Origin: Octopus sinensis
Taxonomy: Eukaryota
Length of the DNA stretch: 64,000 nt
Reading direction: 5' to 3'
Assembly: GCF_006345805.1 (NCBI RefSeq)
Contig: NC_043008.1
Span: 34,720,001 to 34,784,000, forward strand
Part shown: positions 25,656-37,161 of the stretch, piece by piece
How positions within the stretch are numbered: the first letter of the stretch is position 1
How the letters are laid out: the number at the start of each line of letters is the position of its first letter
The notes under the pieces: generated by a model
Told to the model about the DNA's origin: nothing
Databases searched by the model: none
What the model saw: only the letters and a program-made list of their open reading frames with translations
Made by a program: the position numbers and the translations under genes

Positions 25656-28208
25656 AATTCGTTGTTTCGTGCTGCCCTTGGGGATTTTGAATATGTAAGC
25701 ATATTTGGGTCTCTACTACAAGGAGCAGATAACCCAACATGTAAGAGTCGTCAAACATTCTTCCTTCCGGACATTCGATCTTTCGCTCTGATTACTCTGG
25801 AAATGATTCTGTCAGTATGTGACAAATTAGTCCAAATGCCAAAAAAGAATCGATATCAAAATGTAAAGACACAGAAGTCTAATCCACAAAGTATATCTGA
25901 TGCAATGTTCAACAAGGCAACTCAGTGGCAACCATTAGTTAAACCCGAGAATAAAACTGTTGTAAAGGGTAAATTGGGTTTTTTTCCTACGGCAAGTGAA
26001 GAGAGTTTACATAAGAACTGGAGTGAAATGAATCCAAATTCATTAGATAAAAGTAAAATTCCTCAGACACAGCAAAGAATAAAAACAATTTTTGTAGCTC
26101 CGGCTAATAATGCAAACATTGTGCCATCAGAGTTTTCTACAGGATTTTCAAGGCATTCTTCAATTTCACCTGGAAATGAAGATTCCCTTAGCAGCAACAT
26201 CTCTATGCTTGTAGAAGCTGGGAAGGATAGTGACAGTGAAATCAGTCCAACTGAATTCAATGACTTTATTTCACCATATGAAGATAACAAACAAGATGAC
26301 TTTATCTCAGAAAATAAGTTCATTGATAGGAAAACATCAATAGATTCTGATCCTTATAATTATCACTGGAGCTTTTTCACAAATAAACATAATTATAGCC
26401 CTCACAGCTTCTTTTTCAATGAACAATTCTCTAAAAGCTTTTCTGAAGAAAATAATTTAAACACACCAGAAAGTAGTAAAGATGACACACATATGAGTGG
26501 TGAAACAGCAGCTTTTCATGAGAAAATTCAGAGCCACCCAAGGAAAGATGTCAATAACATAGTTGATCAAGATTATATTTCAGAAGAAAATCACTTGAGA
26601 AAAGTTCAGAGAAAGAATAAAGCAAGAATGAATTTACAGAAAACACTGACTTCTCGAGGAATGGCTTTTAATAATGTTTCATCTCAAAAACAAATAAAAG
26701 ATACCTTTAAAAAAAAGAAACAATTTAATGATACACAGTCTCAAAAACCATCTCTAACTCATATTAATTCTTCTAATTCAGTATTGCCAGGGAATAAAAC
26801 CATTCTTTCTAATCCTAATAACCATTGTAGACCTTTTAATAATAAAGTCAACAATGAGTTCAGGGAAAATACAAATGATTATCAGTTCAGTTGTTCCAGC
26901 AGTTATCAAACCAACAACAGCTCTGATTTGGAATCATCTCAGAATTTTTCTTGTGATTACACTACTGATATATCTTGTCTTTCTTCAGCAACTGAAGCTT
27001 TAACTCGAAAAATTCTAAGGGAAGAAAAGTCATTATTTCAAAGGAATAATTCAGCTGACGATATACACAGGAAAATCATTGACAGTGGTTTTGAAACGGA
27101 ATCTAATCCTTCCAACACTTCTAACCAAATAATATGCCATCACAACTCTGAGAAACAGCAATGGCTGGAGAACTGCTTTGACATGAAAACAAAAGAGGCG
27201 GAATTCTTACCAAGTTCAGATGATTATTTATATATATCTAACAATAATTTCAGTATGCAAAAGAAATCATGTTTAATGTCCAACCAAGATAGTCCCATCT
27301 ATAGTCCTTCAAATAAGAGCAGATTTGTTTATCCAACATCGAGAAATGGTAATAGTTGTTCAAGAAGTGATGAAGTATTTGAGACAAGTTCTTATAGAGC
27401 CTATGATAACAAAGTTAGTAATTCTGAACTTCCATTAATGAAATCTGAATTACAGAATAGCAACAATGCTTCAAAACGATACAGAGAACTTAAACGTAAA
27501 GGTGTACCACTGAAAATATCAATTGTGTCATCAAATACTTCTTCAAATTTTAACCATTTCTCAAACTGTTCACCCAGTATATCAGCATGTTCAGAAGTCA
27601 CAACACCGGACATGGATTCCAAAAACATATTTTTCCCTCAACAAATGTCACCATACTCAACAAACGAGCATTATGATAGAACATATGATGATTACCAAAG
27701 AAAAAATAGTGCCAGTTTATTTAAACAATCACTTGGAGACAGCCCAGTATTTACAACTAAAGTAATTGGCAGCCCTTGCCCACCCACACCAACAACTACT
27801 ATCCCTAGCTCTCTATTCATGACAACAGAGAGACCAATCCTTGAATCTCGTATCAGTTGTAGTGACGTTCCAGATTTTGGTGGGAACTGGAAAATTGGAC
27901 CAAAAGGGAACAATGTGCAAAATCAAGACACAATTTCAGTTCCCAGTCGGCAATTGAGTCGACTTAACAGTGGAAGTTTATCTCACTGCTCCTCTTTATC
28001 TCACCTCAGTTTGCCAGGGAAAACCATTCAAGGAAAATACAAACTTTTACCTGGAGTAAATGAACATCATCTGGGTTATTGCATTGATCTAGTGGAAAAA
28101 CAATCCTTCCTCTCTATAGATGATTTATTACCTGCTTCACAAAGTGCCTTTAATCATCTTAAAGACAAGCTCAGTGCAACAGGTGAACTAACAAATGCAG
28201 CTAAACAG
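25656..28208 (+). CDS. 7TM-pseudokinase exon 4 (851 codons): DFE motif, alphaF-like PDIRSFALITLEMI, then a long Ser/Asn-rich low-complexity insert
   Basis: ORF track 25632..28262. Acceptor tttcatttcag|AAT (phase 0), donor CAG|GTAAGG (phase 0). AALGDFE (DFE at 25683-25691) matches the AKIGDFG position. Confidence 0.9.
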
Positions 28209-28824
28209 GTAAGGAACTTTGTAAATCTTATAACTCTTCTAGCATTTATCCTGCTTGTGTAGGGTTCACTTATTCTACTAATATATATAGATGTTGGTTC
28301 AATCAATGTATCATTCAGTCTGATCTGTGAGGCCTGTCACCACCAGTCATGCCTTGCAGGACCCGTTTCTCACCATAAGGAGGTCACCACTACGAGGCAG
28401 ATTCTGAACTCAGAATGCAAAAAGCCATTTCAGGTATCACAAGGAATCTTGTTCAATGCTGTAATAATTCCTCCTTCACTGCCTTTGTGTTTTATTTATT
28501 AACCCCCAAACAGATAAAAAGCAAAGTTGATCTCAGTGGAATTAGAACTCAAAGAGCACAGAAATCTGTAACAAATGACCTCATAGTATTTTATCAAATG
28601 CTGTATGATCCCTGAAAAATCACTAACTTTGATTTATATAAAAATTAAATTTGCTTTGATTGTGTTATAAACAGTTGAAGTTGACAAAGTAATGTTACTG
28701 TAGTGACACACAGAGGCTTAGTGATGAATGGGATGGGTGAGTGGGGGAATCTGTTTTCTTTTTCCTGGGTGGAGGTGTTAAAAGCACAAAATTCTTTCTA
28801 TCCATCTATTTTCCATCTTCTCTG

Positions 28825-29058
28825 TCCATTATTCCTGGAAGGGTTATAAGGATAGAGTCCTATAGTACCTCCTCCATAGGGTCCCATTATTCCTGGAAGG
28901 GTTATGGGGATAGAGTCCTATAGTACCTCCTCCATAGGGTCTCATTATTCCTGGAAGGGTTATGGGGATAGAGTCCTATAATACCTCCTCCACAGGATCC
29001 CATTATTCCTGGAAGGGTTATGAGGATAGAGTCCTATAGTTCCTCCTCCATAGGGTCC
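28825..29058. repeat. Minisatellite, 4 x 58 bp
   Basis: cattattcctggaagggtta... recurs at 28827, 28885, 28943 and 29001. Confidence 0.95.
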
Positions 29059-31070
29059 TATCAGAATCCACCTTCATTTGATTTTTTGGTTGAATTCTCA
29101 AGTATAACCAACTGAGACTATGGATATTATCCATTCATCTCATTCTTGGTCTACCCTAGGTCACCTGCAGGTTGGCTTGTCTTGAAGAATCTGTTCTGCT
29201 ATTCTTTCCTGTAACTTTTTTTATCACATGTTCATAGCACTGGAGCTCTTTCAGTCATTACTCAATATTCATGACCATAGATGAGGATAAGCATGAAAAG
29301 TGAATTGAAGACAACAACTTTGGCTTTTTTACCAACCTCTTCTCTCCTGAGAATCGAATGCTGGATCTGGTGCATTATTATGCTAGCAACTGTAATCCTA
29401 GCATCCAATTAAGCCTCTTGCCTTCCATCTCTTATGAATAAATCCCCAAGAAACTTAAAATCTCATCTTGCCTTAGTGGTGTTCCACTAATATGCAGAGG
29501 GCACTGAGATGAGTTTCTTGAGAGGATCAATGTCTCAGTCTTTGAAATACTAATTCTCAGCCCTGCCTTACAGCACTCAGCATTGAACCTGTTCAATATA
29601 TCTTGCAGATCACCATCTAATGACCCAAGTAGCCCCATACCATCTGCAGATATCAGCTGCTTGGTCCTACATTCATTGATTGTGATACCACTTCCATAAT
29701 GGCTGCACATGCTAATCCAGTTTATAAAAATTATGAAAAGGTGAAGTGACATTACACACACTAGCCAAAGTTCAACGCCCACGTTAAAGGGTTTTGGCAT
29801 AGCACCATTTACCCAAATTCAGACAAATGGGCATTTATGAAGGAACTTAAAAGCAACCACAAGTTGCCCATTAATCCCAAACTCTTGTAAAACCCTCCAC
29901 AGCATGTCCTGTGATACCTGGTCATATGAGTTTTTGAGGTCTACAAAGTAAGTGTACACCTCTTTTAATAGTCCCATGATTTCTCAAAGACCTTCCATAG
30001 AGTGATTACCTGGTTAGTTGTGCTGCTTCCAGGATGGAAACCACACTGTTCTTCAGCAAGCTTTGGGTTCAACAATTTCCCTACATTTCTTTTCCAGATA
30101 CCTAGTGTAAATTTTACCAGGAAGACTCAAGGAGAGGATTCTTCTATAACTAGAGCACTCATTCATGTCCCTCTTTTTAAAAATTGGGATTATCATCCTG
30201 GATTGCCATTGCTTTGGTATCTTTCCAGAAGTCCAAACCACCTGCCTTACACAAATCAATCAGAGAATATCTTTGATATTTAAAGCTGTTAACATCTCAG
30301 GTCAAATTTAATCTTCTCCAATGGCCTTACTGTGTTTGAGCATTTTAATCACTTCTATAACTACAGTGTCTTTGAGGTTAGTCTTCACTCCTTGATGTAC
30401 TTCGTATCCACCAGAAGATTTTATCATGACCAGATTTAAGAGGTCAGCAAGGTATTCTCTTTACCTCTTAAGAATGCACCTCTCTGCAGAGAGAACTCCA
30501 TCCTGGTTCTTAATGGTATGTGTGGGATAAGACTTCTTGGGCGTAACTTCGGTATACGTACCGGAAGTACCGGATGCATTTCAGCGAAATGATTTTTTTT
30601 ATATATATGGGGGGTTAGGGTTGGGGTTTGTGTTAGGGTTAGGGTTAGGGTTAGGGGTGGGAGAAAAGGGTTTCTGTTATCTTCAGAAATGTAAACAAAG
30701 CCACTTCCGGTACTTACAATACGTATACTGAAGGATCACCGACTTCTTGTTATGAAATTGGCAGATGGTTTGCCAAAATACTTTATTGGCCAATCTAAAA
30801 TCAGAACCCAGCTTAAACCCAAAGTCCTTAAAAACTTTTGGCACCTCAGTGTACTGCTTGTGCAAAAGAGATTTGTTTCCAAGCCAAGCTTTGTAAGTTC
30901 CCTTCTTTGCTCAGTTGGCATTTTTAACTTCCTGGTTAAATCAGGGGTTTCTTTTGTCACCCGGTGTCACATTGAGTTGCTTTCATCCTCAGCATTTTAC
31001 AGCCAAAGAATAAACTACCAACAAAGCAATCTCCACTCCATTTTGACATCCTCAGTCAGTTTCTGAATCT
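29050..31070 (-). mobile_element. Decayed RTE-like LINE reverse-transcriptase region in intron 4 of the 7TM gene
   Basis: ORF-track pieces 30053..30259 (IPKQW..MIIPIFKK.D..ECSSYR.I.L.SLPGKIY) and 29432..29800 (LISADGMGLL, the YADD position; GL.IS.SKT; FLG). Frameshifted. Confidence 0.85.
30540..30740. mobile_element. Merlin-like MITE with internal TTAGGG repeats, inserted into the LINE
   Basis: 9-bp direct repeat gacttcttg at 30531-30539 and 30741-30749. TIRs begin GG (ggcgtaacttcggtatacgt / revcomp ggtgatccttcagtatacgt). Confidence 0.75.
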
Positions 31071-31313
31071 GGATGCAACAGTGACTGCACATTTCCTCCT
31101 TTACATAATTATGCCTGTTAATTACAAGGTGAGCAAGTTAAATATGTCTTTGTCCCCAAGCACTGAAAACCTTTGCTATGCCACTGAATACGCACATGGT
31201 AGTGGCAATGGTAGTGGTGGGGACGATGGTAGTGGTGTTGATATTAATGGTCATAGTAGTACTGTTAATGATGGTCGTGAAACTAAGTGTTGGGAGTAAT
31301 TCTTGCTGGTAAA

Positions 31314-31440
31314 AGCAGTAGCAGCAGCAGCAGCAGTAGCAGTAGCAGTAGTAGTAGTAGTAGTAGCAGCAGCAGCAGCAGCGGTGTTGGTTGTGGTGGT
31401 GGTGGTGGTGGTAGCAGTGGTGTTGTTGCTGGTGGTGATA
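31314..31440. repeat. Mixed (GCA/GTA/GGT)n trinucleotide repeat
   Basis: Direct reading. Confidence 0.9.
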
Positions 31441-34400
31441 CGAGAAGGTTGATCATGGATGAATAACACTAATTTCCTCTCTTTTTTTAGCATCATGGAT
31501 ATATGCTGAGTATAATGTATAATAATCAGTTGTATATAGCTCAGTATTTATAACAACAACAACAACAATCATTCTTTCTACTTTAAGCACGAGGCATGAA
31601 ATTTTGGGGTAGAGGTTAGTTGATCCCATCAACCCCAATGCTCTACAGGTACTTATCTTTATTGACCCTGAAAGGATAAATGATAAAGTTGACCTTGAAC
31701 TTAGAATGTAAAAGCCATAACTAAAAATTGTATTAATCCTTTCTACTAAAGGCATGACATTTTTGAGAGGGGACCAGTTCATTACATTGACCAACAGTAT
31801 TTCACTGGTACTTATTGACCCCAGAAGGATGAAAGGCAAAGCCAGCCTCAGCAGAATTTGAACTCAGAACATAAGAACAAACGGAATGCCGTGAAGCTTT
31901 TTGCCCAGTGTGCTAACAGTGTGTGTGTGTGTTCCTGATGCATTTGAAAACTGAGTTGCCGGTTTTGATGTATGGGGAGTCAAAAGATTCAGTAATCTTT
32001 TGGCTACCAAATAAACTTTATTTTCATTTACATATTTTCTATGTTATCTCAGCAACCATTTATAGTTATTTGAAAGACACTAATAAAGTCTAATCCACAA
32101 AGTATATCTGATGTAATGTTCAACAAAGCAACTCAGTAGTGCTAAAAGATCTAGGGAAGGGTGAGATTTGGATAGGGCTATTAACATTTCGTCTGAAATA
32201 CTTCAGTAATTATAATGGAATTGAGTTAAACTCCTAAAGTCAGTGATTTCATTCAGTGGAAAAGTAGGGGGAGAGGTAATTTTATAGCATAGAAAGGTGG
32301 AGTAATCGATGTAAATTCAGTAATGAAATAGGCTTCATTAGAAAGTGAAAGTAGCTTCACACTTTCAATTTGAACAAAAATTACAAAGTATTGCATTACA
32401 AGAGTGACAATGTGTGAATAATGAAAGTAATATTTTTCAGAATTAGTCACTTACTACAAGACATCCATTTCTCTATATGTTATGAGAAAATACAGTCACT
32501 CACTCTCTCTCTCTCATGCACACATACATACAAAAAAATATTTATGTATGTGTATATGAAAGATAATATGTGTATGTGTGTGTGTGTGTGAGAGAGAGAA
32601 AGAGAGAGCGTAATTGAGTGTCACACATACATGCAAAAGAATACATACATGACAACACACACCTTCACTCACTCATTTTCTCTCTCTCCTCTCTCTCCTT
32701 CCCCTCTCTCTCTCTCTCCCACATGCACAAGCGCGCACACACACACACATCCATTCCATATACACTCTCTTTCACTTTCTGCTCTCACTTCAAAGCAAAT
32801 GTCACCTTTCCACTTTCTCCTCTCTTCAAAGCATAAAGAAATAAAAAATTTTTACAGAAATAAACGAACAATCATTTGATTCCATATGATCGACCATATG
32901 ATCAAGTTGACAACTTTGCTGCTTCAAATGAATGCCATAAAATAACTTCCTTTCACAGATACACACACATACACCCCCACCCACACACAATAGGTAAAAC
33001 CTCTGTACAAATTATGCTATTTCTTGCTGTGTGTACATATAAAAATTACAGCTCAAATCCAATTGAAATGATCTTTTTCTATTCTGTAATTCATATTTGT
33101 GATGAGCATATTTAAAAACCTGTTCTTTGCTATAAACTTAAAAGGAAGTTTTCCCAGAAATCCTGTCCTTTACCTGTTATTTCTAGCATGTCCAAGGTGA
33201 CATTTGTGCTCCCTATCCTTATCTTTTCCTAAATTTCTTCCGATTCCTGTTTTCGATATAGAAAATCAGTATTTCACCCAAAAATATGTTCTCAATATAT
33301 TTTCTCCCTTCTGACCCCAATTTCTTCATTTTTTTACTTTTTTCCAAATTTTTTCTTGGTAATCCACAGAGAAAAAACAAAGTATGAATCTTTAAGAATT
33401 TTCTTTTTCCTTTTTTCTTAAAGAAACACTAAAATCTCCTTCTCAAACATCCACCCATCACCTCACCACTTTCAAAAAGTTACAAACTCCCAATGTTCCA
33501 CTTTTAGCTATTTGGAAAGCTAGAAAGTTTCTTCAGAATAAATGTCGTTTACCTGTTGTTTCTAGCATGTCAGGTTTTCTGGTGTGGGAGGTTTTAGCTT
33601 TTTGAAAGTGGGTAGGTGATGGGTGGGTGAGGCGAGGGAAGGGGTATTGAGCATTTCTTTAAGAAAAATTAAACTTTTAAGCATAAATATATTTCCTAGA
33701 TTTGTAATGTTTTTCTACGTGGGTAAAAAAAAAAAATTTGAAAAACTTACAAATTAAGAAATTGCAATGGGGACAGGGGGAAATTAAAATTTTGAAAATG
33801 TGATTTCTGAGCAAAATTGTTATATGATGAAATAATACATAATTTGTGATCCTTCCTAAGAACAGAACGCACTTTCATGCAAATCTATGCAAATTGTACC
33901 CTCCCTCGCTTCACTTTTAAACAAACAATAACTTCCATTATGCCAGTAATCTACTTCACTATATATCAGCTGTGCCAATTCTACCCATAAGAAAAGAACG
34001 AATAATACAATGTGACTGTAAGTCATAACACTTGGGCATAAAACTAACTATTTATCATCTGTAGATTATTTTTAAGTAACCACTAATTTCAATATAAATA
34101 TGAAGTCTTTAGTATGTTGTTGTTTTCTATATAATTGTAGGCATATTTTAGTTGTCAAATGATAAAGAACAAAGATTTATTCAATTAATTGCTACTTGTA
34201 ATTAATTATAAAATTGAACATTTATCTTCTGCTGATTTTTCACAACAACCTCTAATTTTAATATAGATATGAACTTTTTAATATAAGCAACCTCAGATAA
34301 GCTGGATTTTAAAAGAGATAATATAAATTATAGGCCAATCTAAAATCAGAACCCAGCTTAAACCCAAAGTCCTTCCAACTTTTGGCACCTCAGTGTACTG

Positions 34401-34659
34401 TTTGTGCAAAAGAGATTTGTTTCCAAGCCAAGCTTTGTAAGTTTCCTTCTTTGCTCAGTTGGCATTTTTAACTTCCTGGTTAAAATCGGGAGTTTCAAAC
34501 AAGTCATCAGTTTGTCTTGACCAATTATATTCATTAGAAATCAACCACCACTAGCAATATTCCATAATACCCAATGAAGTCATTAAGACACCACAGAGAA
34601 TTCTATTTTCCTTTAGTCAGATTCAGTAGCAGATACACTGAAGTAATTCATTGATATAT

Positions 34660-35260
34660 TGTTGTCATTTTGCTAGTCTTGTTTGGGGCATGCAAATGCC
34701 AAAAATTTTAACAACTTTCACTAAACTGCCAGAAAAAAATTCTCATCATCAGGTGGCAGGATAAAATTTCCAATACTCCTGTGCTCAAAAGAGCTAATAT
34801 ATCAAGTATGTATGATTTCCTAAGCAAATTCCTGGTATGGTGGAGTGAACATGTAATACACATGCTTGACTTCAGACTTTCTAAACAGATCTTCTTTAGT
34901 GAACTAGCATCTGGCTCTCAGTCATGTGGCAAACCACAAGAGAGATATAGAGACATGCTCAAGACAATGTTGAAAAAAGCTCAACTTAAAGTAGTCTGTT
35001 TTGGAACATTTTGTTCATGATCGCTCACTGTAGAGTAGTACTGTGTACTTTTGGAGGCCAGCACTCAGAATGAGTTATGATCAGATAAGCTAAAGAGACA
35101 AGAGCTGCAAGGAAAGCAAAAAAAAAAAAAATCCCACTGGGTCATGACTCTGTTAAAATGTGCCCCTGTTGTAACTGTGGATTTCATGCTGAAATTGGCC
35201 CAGTAAGCCACCTCAGAACCCATAAATTGTAAAGCTGATAATCTGGTTATCTTCAGAGGC
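34660..35260 (+). mobile_element. RTE-like LINE 3' fragment
   Basis: ORF 34781..35020 (W..HV..M.D.RL.KQIFFSEL..G....GKP..RYRD.LK) followed by a C..C..H..H-like finger. Confidence 0.7.
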
Positions 35261-35868
35261 ATGAAGGACAAACCCTAATATTCTTGTTTAGCTCCTGATT
35301 GATTAGAATATAATGAAAAACATCCCAGTTATGATGACCATAACTCATCTTTCCCTTTCTTTTTCTTGATATAAACCTACATTATCCTATATCTCTTTTT
35401 CTTTCTTTTTTTTACCAAGTTGGTATGATGGGGATATGACTGATATTTTTAGCAGGTTGAGAGACTGCTTAGAGGCTCACTCATTGGCATTGGCATATGG
35501 TAAAAATTGATTCCAGTACTACAAGTTAACAATACACTCTCAAGTATAAACCAAAGAGGGAACATCTCTGCAGTCACTCAGCTTGCTAGAAATAACATTC
35601 AAAATATTCCTCAACTCACACCCTACCTTCTTTAATAAAGAAGGACACAACAGACAATGCAGTCTCTGGAAAGCAAAAGAAAGGATAATCACAGCTAGAA
35701 TGCCTTTGACCATAGTTCTGCTTGACCAGAGCTTTAAAAATTGTTAGTTTTATGTTTGGATTAGAAATATGCATCATAAATATATTAATATATTCTACAT
35801 ATGATTGTGTCAGTTTATGAAAATGTTGATATATTCTATATATTCTTTCTGTATTTTTTTTACTGCAG

Positions 35869-35970
35869 TTGATGGACATAGTGGTATCATGCTGGTATGT
35901 TGAATCACCTCCATTGGCAGCTAAACTATGTGAACAGCTGAAGGATCCAGTTATGGAAACAACTGTTTGA
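35869..35970 (+). CDS. 7TM-pseudokinase terminal exon 5: LMDIVVSCWYVESPPLAAKLCEQLKDPVMETTV* (kinase subdomain XI-like plus PDZ-binding tail)
   Basis: Acceptor gtattttttttactgcag|TTG (phase 0). Translation resembles the LYDLMxxCW...LxxxL kinase C-terminus. TGA at 35968-35970 is followed by TAA. Too short for the ORF track. Confidence 0.8.
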   Translation: MMDIVVSCWYVESPPLAAKLCEQLKDPVMETTV

Positions 35971-36664
35971 TAATCACATCTGTTTCATTTTGATAATTTT
36001 GTCTATTTAATATAATTCATATTGATATTAATATTGATACTTCCTTTCTGGTACTTGTAAAGAAACTCAAGAAATTTCTGGAGCAAATGTACCATAATAA
36101 GACTAAACAGTTAAACAAGGCATCGGCAAGCTTTCCATGGCAGTAAGTTTTATGAGATATTGCTTGTCATAATTAGACTACATCACTTTAAAATAATTAA
36201 ACAAATATGGCATATAATCCTGACTACTCTGAATATCATACAAAGCAAATCATACAAAATATATTAGAATCAGATCTAAAGATTTGTTTGTTCATTTTGC
36301 CTTTGATTGTCCTTGGGAGATACTTGAGGTAGGGTTTTTATGGCTGGATGCTCTTCCTGCCATCAACACTTACCTATTTTTCAAATATTTCTCTGACTCC
36401 AGAAGAATTCAAAAGTGGAGGGACAGAGGACAATTTCTTGAAAGGAAATGTCAATCAACATCATTATTTGTCACCAGCTACAAATAATGATGTCACCACT
36501 TAAAGCCCAGTAATAAATTGTGATGTCACCTCTCATTAGCATAGTTCACTGGAACTTCTAAATATTCACACTGATGCCCCGTCCAACCCGTGCTAGCGCG
36601 GAAAACAGACGTTAAACGATGATGATGATGATGATGATGCCCATATGCACATGTACGCATACAC

Positions 36665-36699
<35 letters not shown>

Positions 36700-36866
36700 C
36701 ATGCATACACATGAGCACACACATATATCTATGTATACATATACATATATATATATATGTATAGTTAATCCAAACATGAAAACACAAGTAGAAAATGCAA
36801 CAATGCGAGGATGTGGAACAAGTATAGTGTTATTGGACGCTCAGGAAAGGAAAGAAAGAAGGAGGA

Positions 36867-36899
36867 TTTAACATTTCGAGCGGAGCTCTTCGTCAGAAA
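36867..36899 (-). ncRNA. Minimal type I hammerhead-ribozyme-like motif of the Penelope-like-element kind
   Basis: Minus strand reads ttt CTGACGA a gagc tcc gctc GAAA tgtt aaa: conserved core boxes, 4-bp stem II and short stems I/III. The T after GAAA is probably a CpG-decayed C. Confidence 0.65.
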
Positions 36900-37110
36900 C
36901 ATAGAAAAAGGAAAGGTCCAAGGAAGGGAAGACAGAGGAAGAAAATCACCAACGATACACATATATATATATAAATTTAAATTTAAAATAATAAGGGCGA
37001 AAAATTGAATGTTAATTTGATTTATATCAATTTAAAACCAGTGGTGTAGCATATAGAAGAATCTGAAGATTCAGAAAAATCATATTACATACATCCCTCT
37101 TATATGTATG

Positions 37111-37152
<42 letters not shown>

Positions 37153-37161
37153 ATATATATA

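Larger units (their letters stand above)
14536..35970 (+). other. Gene span: 7TM-domain / pseudokinase fusion protein, 5 coding exons (14536-15468, 21905-22146, 24539-24734, 25656-28208, 35869-35970), 4026 nt, 1341 aa
   Basis: All four introns are GT-AG with matching phases (0,2,0,0). The spliced product is stop-free and places kinase subdomains I-XI in the correct order across exons. Confidence 0.88.

Noticed and set aside
26063-27913. Minus-strand and alternative-frame ORFs overlapping exon 4
   Set aside because: Short shadow ORFs of the long coding exon with no independent signal.
30609-30661. True telomere or chromosome-fusion scar
   Set aside because: Only a few TTAGGG units, enclosed by TIRs and a TSD.
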